A stretch of DNA of 63,774 nt, filler included, from Chiloscyllium plagiosum (taxonomy: Eukaryota): NCBI RefSeq assembly GCF_004010195.1. It is 6 parts of 6 records of this genome, joined end to end, with 100 filler letters (N's around TTAATTAATTAA, not from the genome) between each part and the next. Parts side by side here need not be neighbours in the genome. Positions count along the whole stretch, not along the records: positions 1 to 29,969 come from NC_057751.1; 5 more parts are not named here. One strand, given 5' to 3'. Position numbers and translations under genes: made by a program. Shown piece by piece: positions 1 to 13,045 of the stretch. Numbering within the stretch: the stretch's first letter is position 1; each line of letters starts with the position of its first letter. The notes under the pieces are model-generated. The model made no database searches and had not been told where the DNA came from. It saw only the letters and a list, made by a program, of their open reading frames with translations.

Positions 1-74
1 CGTAAAGCAATGAACATTTTTAGAGATTTTAAGGCATTTTTAAAAAGAGCAAAGGAAATTTCAACTTTTGTGAA

Positions 75-870
75 GTGAGTGTACTTAACCAGTTTAAAGT
101 CATGCCATTTGACATGAAGAACGAGCCAGCCACATTTCAAAGACTAACACATAAAGTCATTTTGAGATTACCCATTGTGTGGTGTCCATCGATGATCTGG
201 TGGTTTCTAGTCACACATAGAAGGACTTGGAGCAACTATCAGAATTGTTCAATCGACTTTGGGAAGTGGGCTAAGAGTGAGTTTGCAAAAGCCCAAGTCA
301 TGTTCCTGGGCCGTGACACTGTCCATGGACTGACGGCCCCATGGGATGTGAAAACCAAGGCTGTTGGGGAGTTTCCCATCCCATCAATGATGATGGAAGT
401 ACTAAATTCCTCGGAATGAGTGAAGTTTTATCGGAAGATCGTACTGAATTTTAGCACAGTCACTCCACTGACTGACATGTTGAAAAACTGCGGAAAATTT
501 CAATGGATGAAGGACTGTCAGAAGGCATTTAACCGCTGACCCAGTGTTAACTGCACCTAATTACACAAAGCCATTGAAGGGTGCGAGTGATGTGGGTGTC
601 AATGCTGCACTCTTGCGAGCTAACATGATGATACAAAGACCTCCTGGGTATTTTTCCAGAAAATTAAATAATCATCAACAGAAATAGTCCAGGATTGTGA
701 AGATCTTGAGTTTGGTGTCGGCGTTGCAACATTTATATTGTGTCTTAGACAATTGTACATATTGATCATAACCCATAAAAGTTGAGATGGAGCTTATGAC
801 AACAGCCAATCAACTTGAACAGTATACACGTGGCAGGACTGGAAAACGTAATTGCCCATAAATTGTCGCA
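75..870 (+). mobile_element. Degenerate Ty3/Gypsy pol fragment (RT-RNase H), with stops and frameshifts
   Basis: FKVMPFDMKNEPATFQRL resembles the RT motif VMPFGxKNAPATFQR; KSEFAKAQVMFLG; RNase H-like ASDVGV near 583-600 and ENVIA near 842-856. Confidence 0.85.
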
Positions 871-1043
871 ACTTTGGTAAATGAAGATGGGGGTACTCAG
901 TGGTGGGAAAAACAGACAAATGGACTTAAAGTATTGCACTTTCAGAGTTAATGTATTGTAAGTGCATTGTAGTGTACTTCTACCATAATAAAAGTTTTTA
1001 AAAATGAAGCCACCTGCATCTCTTTTTTAAGGGAGGGTGGGGG

Positions 1044-1641
1044 TGACAGCACCGTGGTTTTGAGAGGTGTATTTTGTCCCGGTTTTTGTGTCGAAGAGAG
1101 GTGAAGAGTCGCCCATTTGAATCCAACAAACAGCTTGTGAGCACTTGGTGGTTTTTTAAAAATTGGAACAGCAGAAGCAGCCTAAATGGGCAGCTTCAAG
1201 CACCCACACAACCAGGACTTTTAGTTTTAGCTTTCAGTAGCAGCTACTGGGGTCCTGAAGCTGGATGTGGAAGCTGTTTTTCCTCTCTCCATTCCAGCTA
1301 AAAGCTGGGGTTCGCTTCCTGCTGCTAGAAATGTCTGAGAGACAACCGATTTTGCCCTGGCCAAGGATGTGTCAGGGGATGTTACTACAGTACAACAAAC
1401 ACGGTTTCATAGTTAAACAATCTATCTTCTGTTAAGCTTTCCAATTGAGTTGTTATTCCAGTTGCTTCTTTCTTTTGTTGTATTTTAACTGCAGTGTATG
1501 AATAAAGCGTGTTTTGCTTCAAATCGGGTAACTTAGCCAAGCGAATTGCATATGGAATGCAACACCTTTAAGAATAAAACGTTATGGTCTTGGCTATCTT
1601 AATATATTTTATAGGGGTCGGGTCTGGTCTGGTCCATAACA
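1044..1641 (+). mobile_element. Probable 3' LTR of the Gypsy element
   Basis: Polypurine tract AAGGGAGGGTGGGGG (1029-1043) directly followed by TG; ends ...CATAACA at 1641; AATAAA at 1501. Confidence 0.65.
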
Positions 1642-4539
1642 ATGGAATGAAGATCAGAGTCTTTATCATCACTGGCTGCAGAATACAACATACATGTAAA
1701 AGATGCACGTTCCCACAGTTCAAAGCCTCTGAGTAATGTGTAACACACACCGACTTGATCACGTCTGCTCCCTTCAACACATTTTTCACACTGTATCTGC
1801 ACTGACGTACGGTTACTGCGTTGTGCACACTTCACCAGCCCCTGAAGTCGTCCCGTCCTCACCCGTACTGTTCAATTTCCACTCCATGAGCATGGTGTTG
1901 TCTGCAAACTTTACCTCCACATGAGTCAGCACACAAGAGACAGACGCCAGAGCATGATTAAAATCTTTAATTGAACACTGCACGCGCGTGCACACACAGA
2001 GTTCCGTACAGGAAACCTTCACAGCTAAACCAACTCCAGACTGGAGATGAACAAGAGGTGAAAAGACTTCATGGCAGGCAGCACTCAATGGAATCACACA
2101 CTTACATCTCGTGTTACACAAAAGACAGATGCACTTTTTCAGTCCTGGCTTTTGTTTGCAGGGAGGGGCGATATTCTCATCGACCTGCAAATTACACATT
2201 TCTGAAGGTAGGTGGTTCAGACATGACATGAAGCAGCTGTGGTCAGCAACACTGTAGATCAGAAAAAGCACCTCACTCGACATGCATGTCACAGTCTTTT
2301 GACCAGAGCACAAGTAAAACCACAATTAGCTTATACCTGACACACAACTTGAACAGTGTCAGAATCCTTGCAGAGTCAAGAACATAACTACAATTGCTTC
2401 CTTTAAATCTGTCCAAAAACTATTGGAGACGTGAAGCTTGAGGGAATCAAGGCTAATGATGCCTGGACAACACAAGGTCTAATGGTTCACCGGGCAAACG
2501 TGACATTATTACAGGCTTGTTAGTAGCGCTGCAAAAAGAAACATATTCCCAAAGCTCTTCCTCTTGCACTCAATGCCAAACTTCAAGTGATCACCATAAT
2601 TTATACCACAGGGGACAAAAACTTCAGTGACATTGTCTCTCTTTTCATCAACACTTCTCCGTTGTCTCTCAAGATATGACGGCAGGGCACTGTTCCCCTC
2701 CCGTTACATGGAGCTAAAAGCACACTCACATGAATTCAATGGTTCGTTGTCAGAATCCGAATTGGAAGCTTACGAATGGCAGGCTTTACTCAAGGGTTTG
2801 AAACATCACAGATGTCGGGGTGGGAAAACCCACAGACAGATGAAGATCCCGGTTTGTGATCTTGTGAGGATTCTGCCCCACGTGAAATATTGTGTGCTCT
2901 GACTCCCATCCCATTTAGGCAGGTATTGCTGAAAGCAATGGGATTCAAAGAACCATCCAACTCTACTGGGAAGAGCATGACAGGTTCTCGAGCATGTTGT
3001 GGGCAAATCCTGTGCACCAGCTTGTTGTCTTTAGCATTCCCACCCTCCAGCCCATGGCCCATCCCAGAAACGACTGCAACGCGGAGGAGAGAAGTTGGTG
3101 GAAGGTGTAACTCAAAAACTGACACTTCCTGTCCCTTCCACATTGGTATACAGTCCTGCAGGAAACTGACTGTCAGAGCAGCGGCGGTCATGAGAAATAC
3201 TTCAGAATCTGACTCTGCCATCAGCTCTGTCAGCATATCACCTCCAGCACACTTCCTGTGCACACCACAGTCAGAGGATCAACATATCACACGAGAGAGA
3301 CAAAGTTCAGAGTGAGTACCAGTGAGTCTCATGCTGAGACTCAATTGCCGACATTTCTTTATTCAAAGTCAGCAAAACCAGCCGTGCGGCGGCGGGGTGG
3401 GGTGAGGGAATACAGAAAATGTCTGACGATTCACCCGAAGGGGAGCTCAAAACATTTCTGCTGGAAGAATCAGCCAGCTCCTCAAACCTAAGTTACACTG
3501 GGAGGTGTGCTCTCGAAAACAGCATGGGGGAACCTTTTCCTTATTAAGCTCAAGGAATCTTGGAGCTGACTTCCTTTTGAAACCTGACGCTTCCAAATGA
3601 GACTCTGATTTACGACTCCATGACCCAGATGAGACTGAAATCAATTTTTTTAATAAAAACAGAAATCAGCTTTCTTTACATTTCCAAATTATGATCGAAT
3701 AGGATCTGGAAGGGGAAAGGTTATGGGTGCCCTGCACTTAAAAGACCGGGTGCTCATTTGACAACACAGCAAGGAGCCAGACACTGACAGAAGGCAATCA
3801 TCTCGCGCATGCTTTAACTAACATCCTTCTTCAAAGATATTCTTCAATGGAGAAGGAAAAGCATGAAGAGTGGAGATGGCTGGAGTTGAAATCCATTCTG
3901 ATTCCCTGAACCGTTCTGCCAAGGTTGAGGTGAAATTGAGCCCCCGATCCGTGTGAAACAGTGACTAGAAGGAGCAGCCAGGCAGCCGAGTGATGCTACG
4001 TATCGAAAGCGGAGGTCAAAGGGTCGCATGTTTCTGCAGTCAGCTCCTTCCGTTTGCCCAATGGGTCAAGTCAAGCTGTCCCAATGCCACACAAACTGGC
4101 TTTAAATCCCTTATGTGTTTCTCCACCAGCTTGGGCTGCAGAAAGAAGGCAAGGACTGAGCGAGCAGAAAGGCTACAGTTTCTTATTACCATCCGACGAC
4201 ATGCGCCTTTGCTGCTCTGAGTTCCGCCTTGGAGCAACATCGAGTACTTTGCTAAATGTGGTAAAGTCCTGACCCACCTCCCTTGTGGTCTTGCTGATCT
4301 GTCCCTGAGTGGGGAGGACACTGCTGCAAGCTCCTTTGCTCTCAAGTCTGCAATTGAGAGATTAGTTACCAGACTCCTGTGCTGGAAAGTGGTGGAGTTG
4401 GGTGGGTGCGTGGCGGTGTGTGGAGGTTAGGGCGGGGTGTTATTGAGTTTGATTTGCCGTGATATCCCTGCTTCAATGTGGCACCTCTTCCTTCGAGAAG
4501 AACGAACAATTACCTGACTTCGTTATCCGAGGTGCTGCC

Positions 4540-4728
4540 TCACTTGGCTATGGACGTCAATGATTCCTTCAGCGTCCGCGTCATGCTGGGGATGAGGACA
4601 GCGTGATCATCCACACACTTGCTGACGCAGGAGTCCACCTTCAGCTTGACGTCAGGCTCTTTGACTCCAGAGTGGAAGGCGTCCTTCGCTCGGTCGTTAC
4701 AGTCCATCATGCAGCGCTGCAGTCGATT
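4540..4728 (-). CDS. FAM136A: FAM136A last coding exon ([62 protein letters not shown])
   Basis: Manual translation; AG acceptor at 4729-4730, TGA at 4540-4542; CX3C motifs typical of FAM136A. Confidence 0.93.
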   Translation of the reverse strand, partial: NRLQRCMMDCNDRAKDAFHSGVKEPDVKLKVDSCVSKCVDDHAVLIPSMTRTLKESLTSIAK

Positions 4729-5119
4729 CTAGAATGACAAAAAATAGCGCGGCCTGAGAACCCTTTTTGGTCAGTGAAGAGGAATGCTCCCGTCCAGGAT
4801 GCCAACAAGCAGATCGGACAAAGATGGGGAAGGAGAAACTCCATTGGCTTGGCAGCCCATCTACCATCCTCACTCCCTCCACCACTGACGCACACAGTGT
4901 GCACCATCTCCAAGAGGCACTGCTCCTTATGACAACGCTTTGTAAACCTGCAACCCTCTAGAAGGGCAAGGGCTGCAGATGATACACGGCAACACCACCA
5001 TGCCACCCATTCGGGCAGTCAGTGCTGGCGATGGCCACTGATGCCCACCTGCCAATGAAAGGGAACCTAAATAACTGCCCAGTCCTCCAGTTGTGGACTC
5101 GGTGAGGTGTTTAAACCAG

Positions 5120-5350
5120 TGAGTTCAAGAAAAGCTTCTTCCCCACGGTTATTAGACTCCTGAATGGACCTCTCAAATTTCAAATCTCATATTGATCTTG
5201 CTTCTTGTGCACCTACTTTGCAGCTGTGACCTCGCATTCCTCGCTCTGTTATACCACCTGATGATCTGTGTGTGGTCTGGTCTGCCTGGACTGCAAGCAA
5301 ACCAAAACTCTTCACTGTATCTGGGCACGTGACACGAGTAAATCAAATCA
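5120..5350 (+). mobile_element. Short LINE 3'-end remnant (Rex1/Babar-like)
   Basis: TTCAAGAAAAGCTTCTTCCCCACGGTTATTAGACTCCTGAAT (FKKSFFPTVIRLLN) and tail AGTAAATCAAATCA. Confidence 0.5.
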
Positions 5351-5577
5351 GAAAAGAACTGGACCTGCACCTCATCAGAAAACTATAGCCCTTAATGCAG
5401 CCTCACTCGAAGTGCTGCCTGCGGTCTTCGAGTCCCTCCCTCCCGCCACCAAACACTTCTCAAAAACAAAGGAAAACTCTGCTCTTTTATCAGAGTACCC
5501 AGTTTCCCTGCAAGCTATCATACTGAACCCAAAGCTCCGTCCTGTCCGGCTGGATTTGTGTGCAGATTGCTCCCTAC

Positions 5578-5718
5578 CTGGAACCTCTCCAGCTCCCCGG
5601 TGACGGTGGCCTGTGCCTGTGCCAGGGGTGCGTGGCAACGTTCGATGCACTGATGTACCTCCTCCATTGAGGCGTTGGCATTCTCGCAGCAGTCTGCACT
5701 GCACCGAAACATTTTCCC
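5578..5718 (-). CDS. FAM136A: FAM136A exon 2 ([47 protein letters not shown])
   Basis: Close to vertebrate FAM136A; AG at 5719-5720, GT at 5576-5577, phase 0/0. Exon 1 not found and may lie in the gap at 8483-8982. Confidence 0.95.
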
Positions 5719-7039
5719 CTAGAGAGGCAGTTTAAACACACCACCGTCAGACACGCTCATTGCCCGTGCATCGCAACGCAGCCTCAAGGGAACGCTACGG
5801 TTCATTCATTCAACTCACCACCCAACTGTTCCTGCTTAACAATTCCCAAATAGGGGAATACATCGGTGGACAGGTCACCCTGAGGGGCCCAGGCTGATTT
5901 CAACTCAAAATTAATAAAACACTAAGTCAACGCTAAACATGAAAGCCAATCTCAGGGACAAAAACGATCACGACTGTCATACAAATCAGATTCACTTCAG
6001 GGGACAAAATGCTGACTCTTGAACTGCTCACTGTCAAAGATGTCCAGCAAGCCCCTGAGTACATGGGAAAGTTAGGGACAGTGCAACAATCCTGGTCTTG
6101 TCAGTGATAGCTGCGTCCTATGGGAAAAGAGCTGGTTGACACCGTGCAAACAAAGTCTCTGACAGCCCCTTCACTGTTGAAATCTGCCCTCGCCCATGCT
6201 AGCACAGATAATCACTTAACCGGAAGGAGGAGTGGGGGAGGGAGCTGTATATCACAAGTTTGTATTTCAACTCTGTTCGGTTGCACCAGCAGCAGCGCTG
6301 GAGACAGTGAATTGCTTGACTGCTTTTCCATCAGTGTGGCCCAGTGCCAGTTTCACTTGGTAGTCACGAGCTGGAAGAACAGCGTCGCACATTGCCATCA
6401 AGAGACAGACCGATGGCAAAACCCCACACCTCCTGCAGTCTATTTTACAGGAATTTCTAACCCCTCTGCGCTTTCCTGCACTGAGGTTCCAGTCAGGGAC
6501 AAGCCAAGGAGATTTTGACTGGGGAATGGGCCTTTGCTCAATGATTAGAGGGCCAACAAGTAATCAAATTACGGACTGCAGTCATCTATAACACGACGGC
6601 AGTGAGATCCATGTCCCCATAAGCCTTGAAGCCTATAACAGACCCACGATCCCTTTGCAAGATCCTGAAAACCGGATGGTGTGAAAGGCAGGCCAACAAC
6701 AATGGTCTCTCCCAAGCCAACGTACCCAGCTCCACGACACCAATCCCTCAGATCCAGCTCTACTGAGCAGGAAACATCATTTGTTCTCCAGACCCTAGAC
6801 TCCCAAAGCAACAGCTCCACTTGGAGCCAGGTTGTGGATTGAGATCACTAGGAGGGCAGGAGGATGGCCTTGGGGATATCCACCAAACACCTCACCTCCA
6901 CCCCTCCTCTCCCTTGAAGATGGTCAAATGTGTTGTCTCCCCACCACGCCTGACACATGGGAAACGCTGGGTTTGTGACTGACCAAAATAGGAGAGGCTC
7001 GCCAGGGAAGACAATAAGCACGTCGCGAGGCTACACTGG

Positions 7040-7490
7040 TAACGTGGAGAGGCGCCTGGAAGGCAAAGGGGTACATTGAGAACACGAAGACGGGAATCAC
7101 CAGGAATGCAAAGGGAGGAATCATTGGGAATGCAAAGGAAGAAATCGCCAGGAATGCGAAGGGGGAGCTGCCAGGGAATGTGAAGAAGGGAATCATTGGA
7201 ATGCGGAGGGACAAATCCCTGGTAATGCAAAATGGAGTAACATTGGGAATGTGAAGAATGGTGGGGAATGCAAAGGGAGGAGCCCCGGGGAACGTTAAGA
7301 GGGGTTACATTGGGAATGCGAAGAGAGGAATGCCTGGGAATGCGAAGAGGGGAGTCGCCGGGAATGTGAAGAGGGGAGTCGCCGGGAATGCAACAAGACA
7401 AACTCCTGGGAATGCGAAGGGGGGCATCATTGAGAATGTGAAGACGGGAATCGTAGGGAATGCAAAGAGGGGAATGGGAAGTGGAGAATT
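7040..7490. repeat. 24-bp minisatellite (consensus ~GGGAATGCGAAGAGGGGAATCGCC)
   Basis: About 18 degenerate tandem units; they produce the GNAKRGxx repeat ORFs. Confidence 0.9.
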
Positions 7491-9414
7491 GTGCTGAATC
7501 TTTTGCGATGTGACGAGGCACCGTTCAGATGCAGGAGACAGCACACACACCTCCAAACATCTCATATGCCCTCCCCGCAAGGTAGAGTCTGCAGATCATG
7601 CATTGCTCTGATCAGGACCCACTGAACTGTCTGAAGCTTGTGATCCCCGCTGCCGTGGAGATAACAGGGAGAGGAAGGTGGTAGGAGATGGAGGCAGCTT
7701 GAGGAGGAGGAGGAGAAGGAGGACAACCACACATCGATTGCTCATAGTTTAGTGTGATGACACACGTGGGACCACAATGACAGAGCCATTTCAATACAGA
7801 ACAAGGAGCTCTTCCGACTGAAGCGAAGCCACCTTTTACCAGATGGCAACTCAGTCCCTGAACAATTCTGAGGTTTAGTGGACAGACGATTGGAAATGTC
7901 ATGAGGGGGAGATAGTCAATTTTTTGTCGGGTACAGAGGAGGGGGGGGAATAAAGAACCAAAGCCAGGTGACAGAATTAAGGTCCAGATCAGCCATAATC
8001 AAGTTAAATAGTGGGAAACGCCTGAGGGTTAAGTGGGATCTCCTGTTACTTTCTCTCCCACACCCAGCGCGGAAAGAGAATTTTTAATTTCCTGTCTTTC
8101 ATGAGAAAGGTCACCATTTTGCATCCATCCCTCATCGCCCCTGAACAGAACTGCTGGCTCAGCTACTTTCGGAGGGCATTCTGGGGGTGTGGAGCCACAC
8201 CCTGGACAGATTTCCTTCCTTTAAGGAACGGGATTGACTGACATGGTCAGCACTACTGGGACTTGCTTTTGCATTCCTGATTTAATAACTGAATTTAAAT
8301 TCCCCCAAAGTCGGTGTGGGATTCGAGTCCTGCTCTCGGAACAGTGCTCACGGTCTCTGGACTCCCAGTCCAATGACATTCCCACAACACCACTGCCTCA
8401 CTCTGTGAGGGCCCTAGTTTTCGTTCATTGTTAAGAGACATTTGTGAAGAATGACTTACTCTTTTCAAAAAAAAAAAATCCCNNNNNNNNNNNNNNNNNN
8501 NNNNNNNNNNNNNNNNNNNNNNNNNNNNNNNNNNNNNNNNNNNNNNNNNNNNNNNNNNNNNNNNNNNNNNNNNNNNNNNNNNNNNNNNNNNNNNNNNNNN
8601 NNNNNNNNNNNNNNNNNNNNNNNNNNNNNNNNNNNNNNNNNNNNNNNNNNNNNNNNNNNNNNNNNNNNNNNNNNNNNNNNNNNNNNNNNNNNNNNNNNNN
8701 NNNNNNNNNNNNNNNNNNNNNNNNNNNNNNNNNNNNNNNNNNNNNNNNNNNNNNNNNNNNNNNNNNNNNNNNNNNNNNNNNNNNNNNNNNNNNNNNNNNN
8801 NNNNNNNNNNNNNNNNNNNNNNNNNNNNNNNNNNNNNNNNNNNNNNNNNNNNNNNNNNNNNNNNNNNNNNNNNNNNNNNNNNNNNNNNNNNNNNNNNNNN
8901 NNNNNNNNNNNNNNNNNNNNNNNNNNNNNNNNNNNNNNNNNNNNNNNNNNNNNNNNNNNNNNNNNNNNNNNNNNNNNNNNNNTAAATCTCTCTCTCTCTC
9001 ATATATATTTATTAAATTATATAAAATAATCTGTAGTCATTTTAATATACAACACCAGCCCTAAAACGCTGGTGAATAACTGTCGGCTATTCACCAAAAA
9101 TAATTTGGCCCAGAGAAGACAATGGGTGGATGAGTCAGGTATCCAGTTGAAGGCTGGAAGTCCCAACATTTTGTTTGTGATTTCAGTACCTTTTATAAAG
9201 ACAAGCCAATATTTTTCTCCATCCCACAACCCTCCAAACCTGAGCCTCAAATCCATTATATTACAGTGTAACGCTCCAAACTGGTCACCAGATCAGTGAG
9301 GTTCAAAGGTCAATTTGCTCACATGACCACTTCATAGCCACCATTCCAACCTGGGCACACTTTCGAGGACTGATCATTTCTTTCCCCCCAAAAATTATTT
9401 CACAAGACCTCCCA

Positions 9415-9725
9415 TTTATTGCCCCCTTGATCCGCTGCAGTCTGTGGGGTGGGGTGTAGGGACCCCCCCCGCCAGACACACAGCGCCCTCAGGGAGGGAG
9501 TCCCAGGATTCTGACCCAGTGACACTGAAGAAACGGCCGATATATTCCCAAGTCAGGACGGTGAGGGGCTCGGAGGGGAACTTGCAGGGGGTGGTGTTCC
9601 CATGTACCTGCTGCCCCTTGTCCTTCCCGATGGAAGTGGCCGTGGGGTTTGGAAGGTGCTGTCTGAGGAGCCTGGGGGAAGTTGCTGCAGTGCGTCTTGT
9701 AGATGGTACCCACTGCTGCTACTGA
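9415..9725 (-). mobile_element. Shark LINE 3'-end fragment; same family at ~14250-14950, 26340-26660, 27240-27540, 28660-29310
   Basis: Recurrent GGGAGGGAGTCCCAGGATTCTGACCCAG...CTGCAGTGCGTCTTGTAGATGGT blocks within the window. Confidence 0.7.
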
Positions 9726-10599
9726 GCCTCAGTTACAGCAAGTCAACTCTCTTTTGGACAGACATTACACCGAGAGACCCCTTTCAGATGGCTGGTCAGC
9801 GAGGGTTAACAATTAGTCAGTGAAGTCTTAAAAATCAGACATCCTCAAAAAAAAACAAAATCACGACAAACTATTATTAAACGTCAACCGCTGTCCATCT
9901 GTGTTCATTTAGAGGAAGGCACTGGATTTGGCAAAGATCAAAAGGGGAGGTAAAGAGACAAGAGGATCATATTGGAGTGGAGCAGAAGCTAAAATCGGCT
10001 CCAAGGCAACCAATCAACGCACACCCCTTCTAAAAACTAGATTGTTAATACACACACCTCTAAAACAAAACAAAAATCATTTGCTTCTGCACTGACTCAC
10101 CCCTCAGTCAGAAAGCCCCAGAGTACCTCTGCGATTCAGATGTCTATCAGCTTTGGTGGGTCGCAGGAGTCAAAGGTTACAGACTAAGAAAGAATGGGCA
10201 GGGGGAAGAGGAGAGATGCTTGTTTGGAGATTCCCCCAACCCTGAATTTGAGTGTTTTTAAACACGGGTACGATTCTGCTCTGACCAAACCCCCTCCGCT
10301 CCATGATCGCAGACAGAACTGCATTGGGTCAGGTGGAAAGACTCGGAGCGAGATTTCCTTTCTTTCGGGGGGGGGGGGGGGGGGGGAATGGCGCTGTCGG
10401 AGGGGGCTCCGGTCACCACTTGGAGGAGATTTGGACGGGGGAGGGGATATGACCCAACACACTCAACATCCGTTAACAGCAGTAATGATAAAAATCAAAC
10501 CACTCTCCAGGCTGGGACTAGTTGTAAAGCAGGACGTGTAATGGCTCAGGTCGCAGCACGGTGGTGGTGGGGGGAGATCGGATTCCCCCACCCCCTCGG

Positions 10600-10818
10600 T
10601 CACACCCGCTCGGCCTTCCTCACGGGCTGGTACGAGACCCTCAGGATGTTAGGCGTCTCCTCCATCACCCGCACCAACAGGTTGTCGATGTAGTTCTCCA
10701 GCTCCTGCACATGAGAGTCCTTCTTGGATATGGTCTCCTTCTGCTTCAGCACCAGCTGGATCAGCTCATCGTGGGTCAGCTGGGCATAGGCAGCCGCTGG
10801 GTCCAAGGGGTCATAGTC
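10600..10818 (-). CDS. RAB11FIP1: RAB11FIP1 terminal exon, Rab11-binding domain
   Basis: DPAAAYAQLTHDELIQLVLKQKETISKKDSHVQELENYIDNLLVRVMEETPNILR matches FIP1 better than FIP2/FIP5 from memory; acceptor at 10819-10820. Confidence 0.9.
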   Translation of the reverse strand, partial: DYDPLDPAAAYAQLTHDELIQLVLKQKETISKKDSHVQELENYIDNLLVRVMEETPNILRVSYQPVRKAERV

Positions 10819-10839
10819 CTACAGCCCGGCCGGGGTAAC

Positions 10840-11850
10840 GGGGGAAAAGAGCGGGGAAGGGCGGGGGCGATGGGGAGAGAGCGGGGAGAGGGCGGGGGCG
10901 ATGGGGAGAGAGCGGGGAAGGGCGGGGGCGATGGGGAGAGAGCGGGGANNNNNNNNNNNNNNNNNNNNNNNNNNNNNNNNNNNNNNNNNNNNNNNNNNNN
11001 NNNNNNNNNNNNNNNNNNNNNNNNNNNNNNNNNNNNNNNNNNNNNNNNNNNNNNNNNNNNNNNNNNNNNNNNNNNNNNNNNNNNNNNNNNNNNNNNNNNN
11101 NNNNNNNNNNNNNNNNNNNNNNNNNNNNNNNNNNNNNNNNNNNNNNNNNNNNNNNNNNNNNNNNNNNNNNNNNNNNNNNNNNNNNNNNNNNNNNNNNNNN
11201 NNNNNNNNNNNNNNNNNNNNNNNNNNNNNNNNNNNNNNNNNNNNNNNNNNNNNNNNNNNNNNNNNNNNNNNNNNNNNNNNNNNNNNNNNNNNNNNNNNNN
11301 NNNNNNNNNNNNNNNNNNNNNNNNNNNNNNNNNNNNNNNNNNNNNNNNNNNNNNNNNNNNNNNNNNNNNNNNNNNNNNNNNNNNNNNNNNNNNNNNNNNN
11401 NNNNNNNNNNNNNNNNNNNNNNNNNNNNNNNNNNNNNNNNNNNNNNNNNNNNNNNNNNNNNNNNNNNNNNNNNNNNNNNNNNNNNNNNNNNNNNNNNNNN
11501 NNNNNNNNNNNNNNNNNNNNNNNNNNNNNNNNNNNNNNNNNNNNNNNNNNNNNNNNNNNNNNNNNNNNNNNNNNNNNNNNNNNNNNNNNNNNNNNNNNNN
11601 NNNNNNNNNNNNNNNNNNNNNNNNNNNNNNNNNNNNNNNNNNNNNNNNNNNNNNNNNNNNNNNNNNNNNNNNNNNNNNNNNNNNNNNNNNNNNNNNNNNN
11701 NNNNNNNNNNNNNNNNNNNNNNNNNNNNNNNNNNNNNNNNNNNNNNNNNNNNNNNNNNNNNNNNNNNNNNNNNNNNNNNNNNNNNNNNNNNNNNNNNNNN
11801 NNNNNNNNNGAGTGGGGAAGGCGGGGGCGATGTGGAGAGAGTGGGGAAGG
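10840..11850. repeat. 30-bp G-rich minisatellite (GGCGGGGGCGATGGGGAGAGAGCGGGGAAG) on both sides of an N gap
   Basis: Units visible on both sides of the gap at 10949-11809. Confidence 0.85.
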
Positions 11851-12424
11851 TGGGGGGGGGGGGGAGAGAGAGAGAGAGGATGAAAAAGAGAAGAGGGGAA
11901 GGAAAGAAAGATAGATGTCAAGATTAAAAACAGTTGGAGCAAAGGCCTGATCGGTCTCTGGTTTCAGATTCACCACCAGGAATATTAACACATGAAAAAT
12001 GAAGTTTTTTGAAGAAGTCATGACTGGGAATTCAGATGGGAATCTTCTGCAACATCCTGCAGCATGCCTTACTGCGCGCCTCTTACCTACCCCTGTCCAC
12101 TGCCAGGTATGTAGAAGATGGGAGCAGGCCATTCGGGCCCCTCCATCCTCTTCTGTACAATGGGGTGTGTGATTGCAACCTCAACGCCAATTCCCCTCAC
12201 CCTCCTCAAAAACCAGAACGAACTTGGGGTTGGACTTGGCAGCGATCCATCCCCAGCAGCTCTCTGGGAGTGGGCGAAGAACATTCGGTATGCCTTTGGG
12301 GGATTTGCACCCAGCTCCGTCTCTGATCGAACGTCCCCCATTCAGAGACCAGAGGGAACAGCCCTCCCGCCGGCCTGCCCATCAAGGTCCCTCTCAGCTG
12401 CTTTTGGCAGCGTTGAAGATGGAG

Positions 12425-13045
12425 TCATAGAAATGTACAGAATGGAACCAGAACCTTCGGTCCAACCCGTCCATGCTGACCCAGAAACCCCAACCCCATC
12501 TAGCCCCATTTGCCAGCACCCGGCCCATATCCCTCCAAACCCTTCCTATTCGTATACCCATCCAGATGCTTTTTAAATGCTGTCATTGTTCCCAGCCTCC
12601 ACCACATCCTCTGGCAGCTCATTCCATACATGTACCACCGTCTGTGTGAAAACATTGCCCCTTAGGTCTCTTTTATATCTTTCCCCTCTCACCCTAAACC
12701 TATGCCCCTCTAGGTCTGGACTCCCCCACCCCAGGGAAAAGACTTTGTCTATTTATCCTATCCATGCCCTCATAATTTTGTAAACCTCTGTAAGGTCACC
12801 CCTCAGCCTCCGACGCTCCAGGGAAAACAGCCCAGCCTGTTCAACCTCTCCCTGTAGCTCAAATCCTCCAATCCTGGCAACATCCTCGTAAATCTTTTCT
12901 GAACCCTTTCAAGTTTCACATCTTTCCCATAGGAAGGAGACCAGAATTGCACGCAATATTCCAACAGTGGCCTAACCAATGTCCTGTACAGCCGCAACAT
13001 GACCTCCCAACTCCTGTACTCAATACTCTGACCAATGAAGGAAAG
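12425..13045 (-). mobile_element. CR1-type LINE 3' fragment
   Basis: LRLYRTLVRPLLEYCVQFWSP...LERVQKRFTRMLPGL is the CR1 RT C-terminus. Confidence 0.9.

Noticed and set aside
1813-3315. ORFs of 140-170 aa downstream of FAM136A
   Set aside because: No recognisable domain or splice support; likely 3' UTR or intergenic
6540-7700. Possible Harbinger-type transposase remnant around the minisatellite
   Set aside because: Similarity too weak to support by eye
8295-12132. Long ORFs spanning N gaps
   Set aside because: Artefacts of translating Ns
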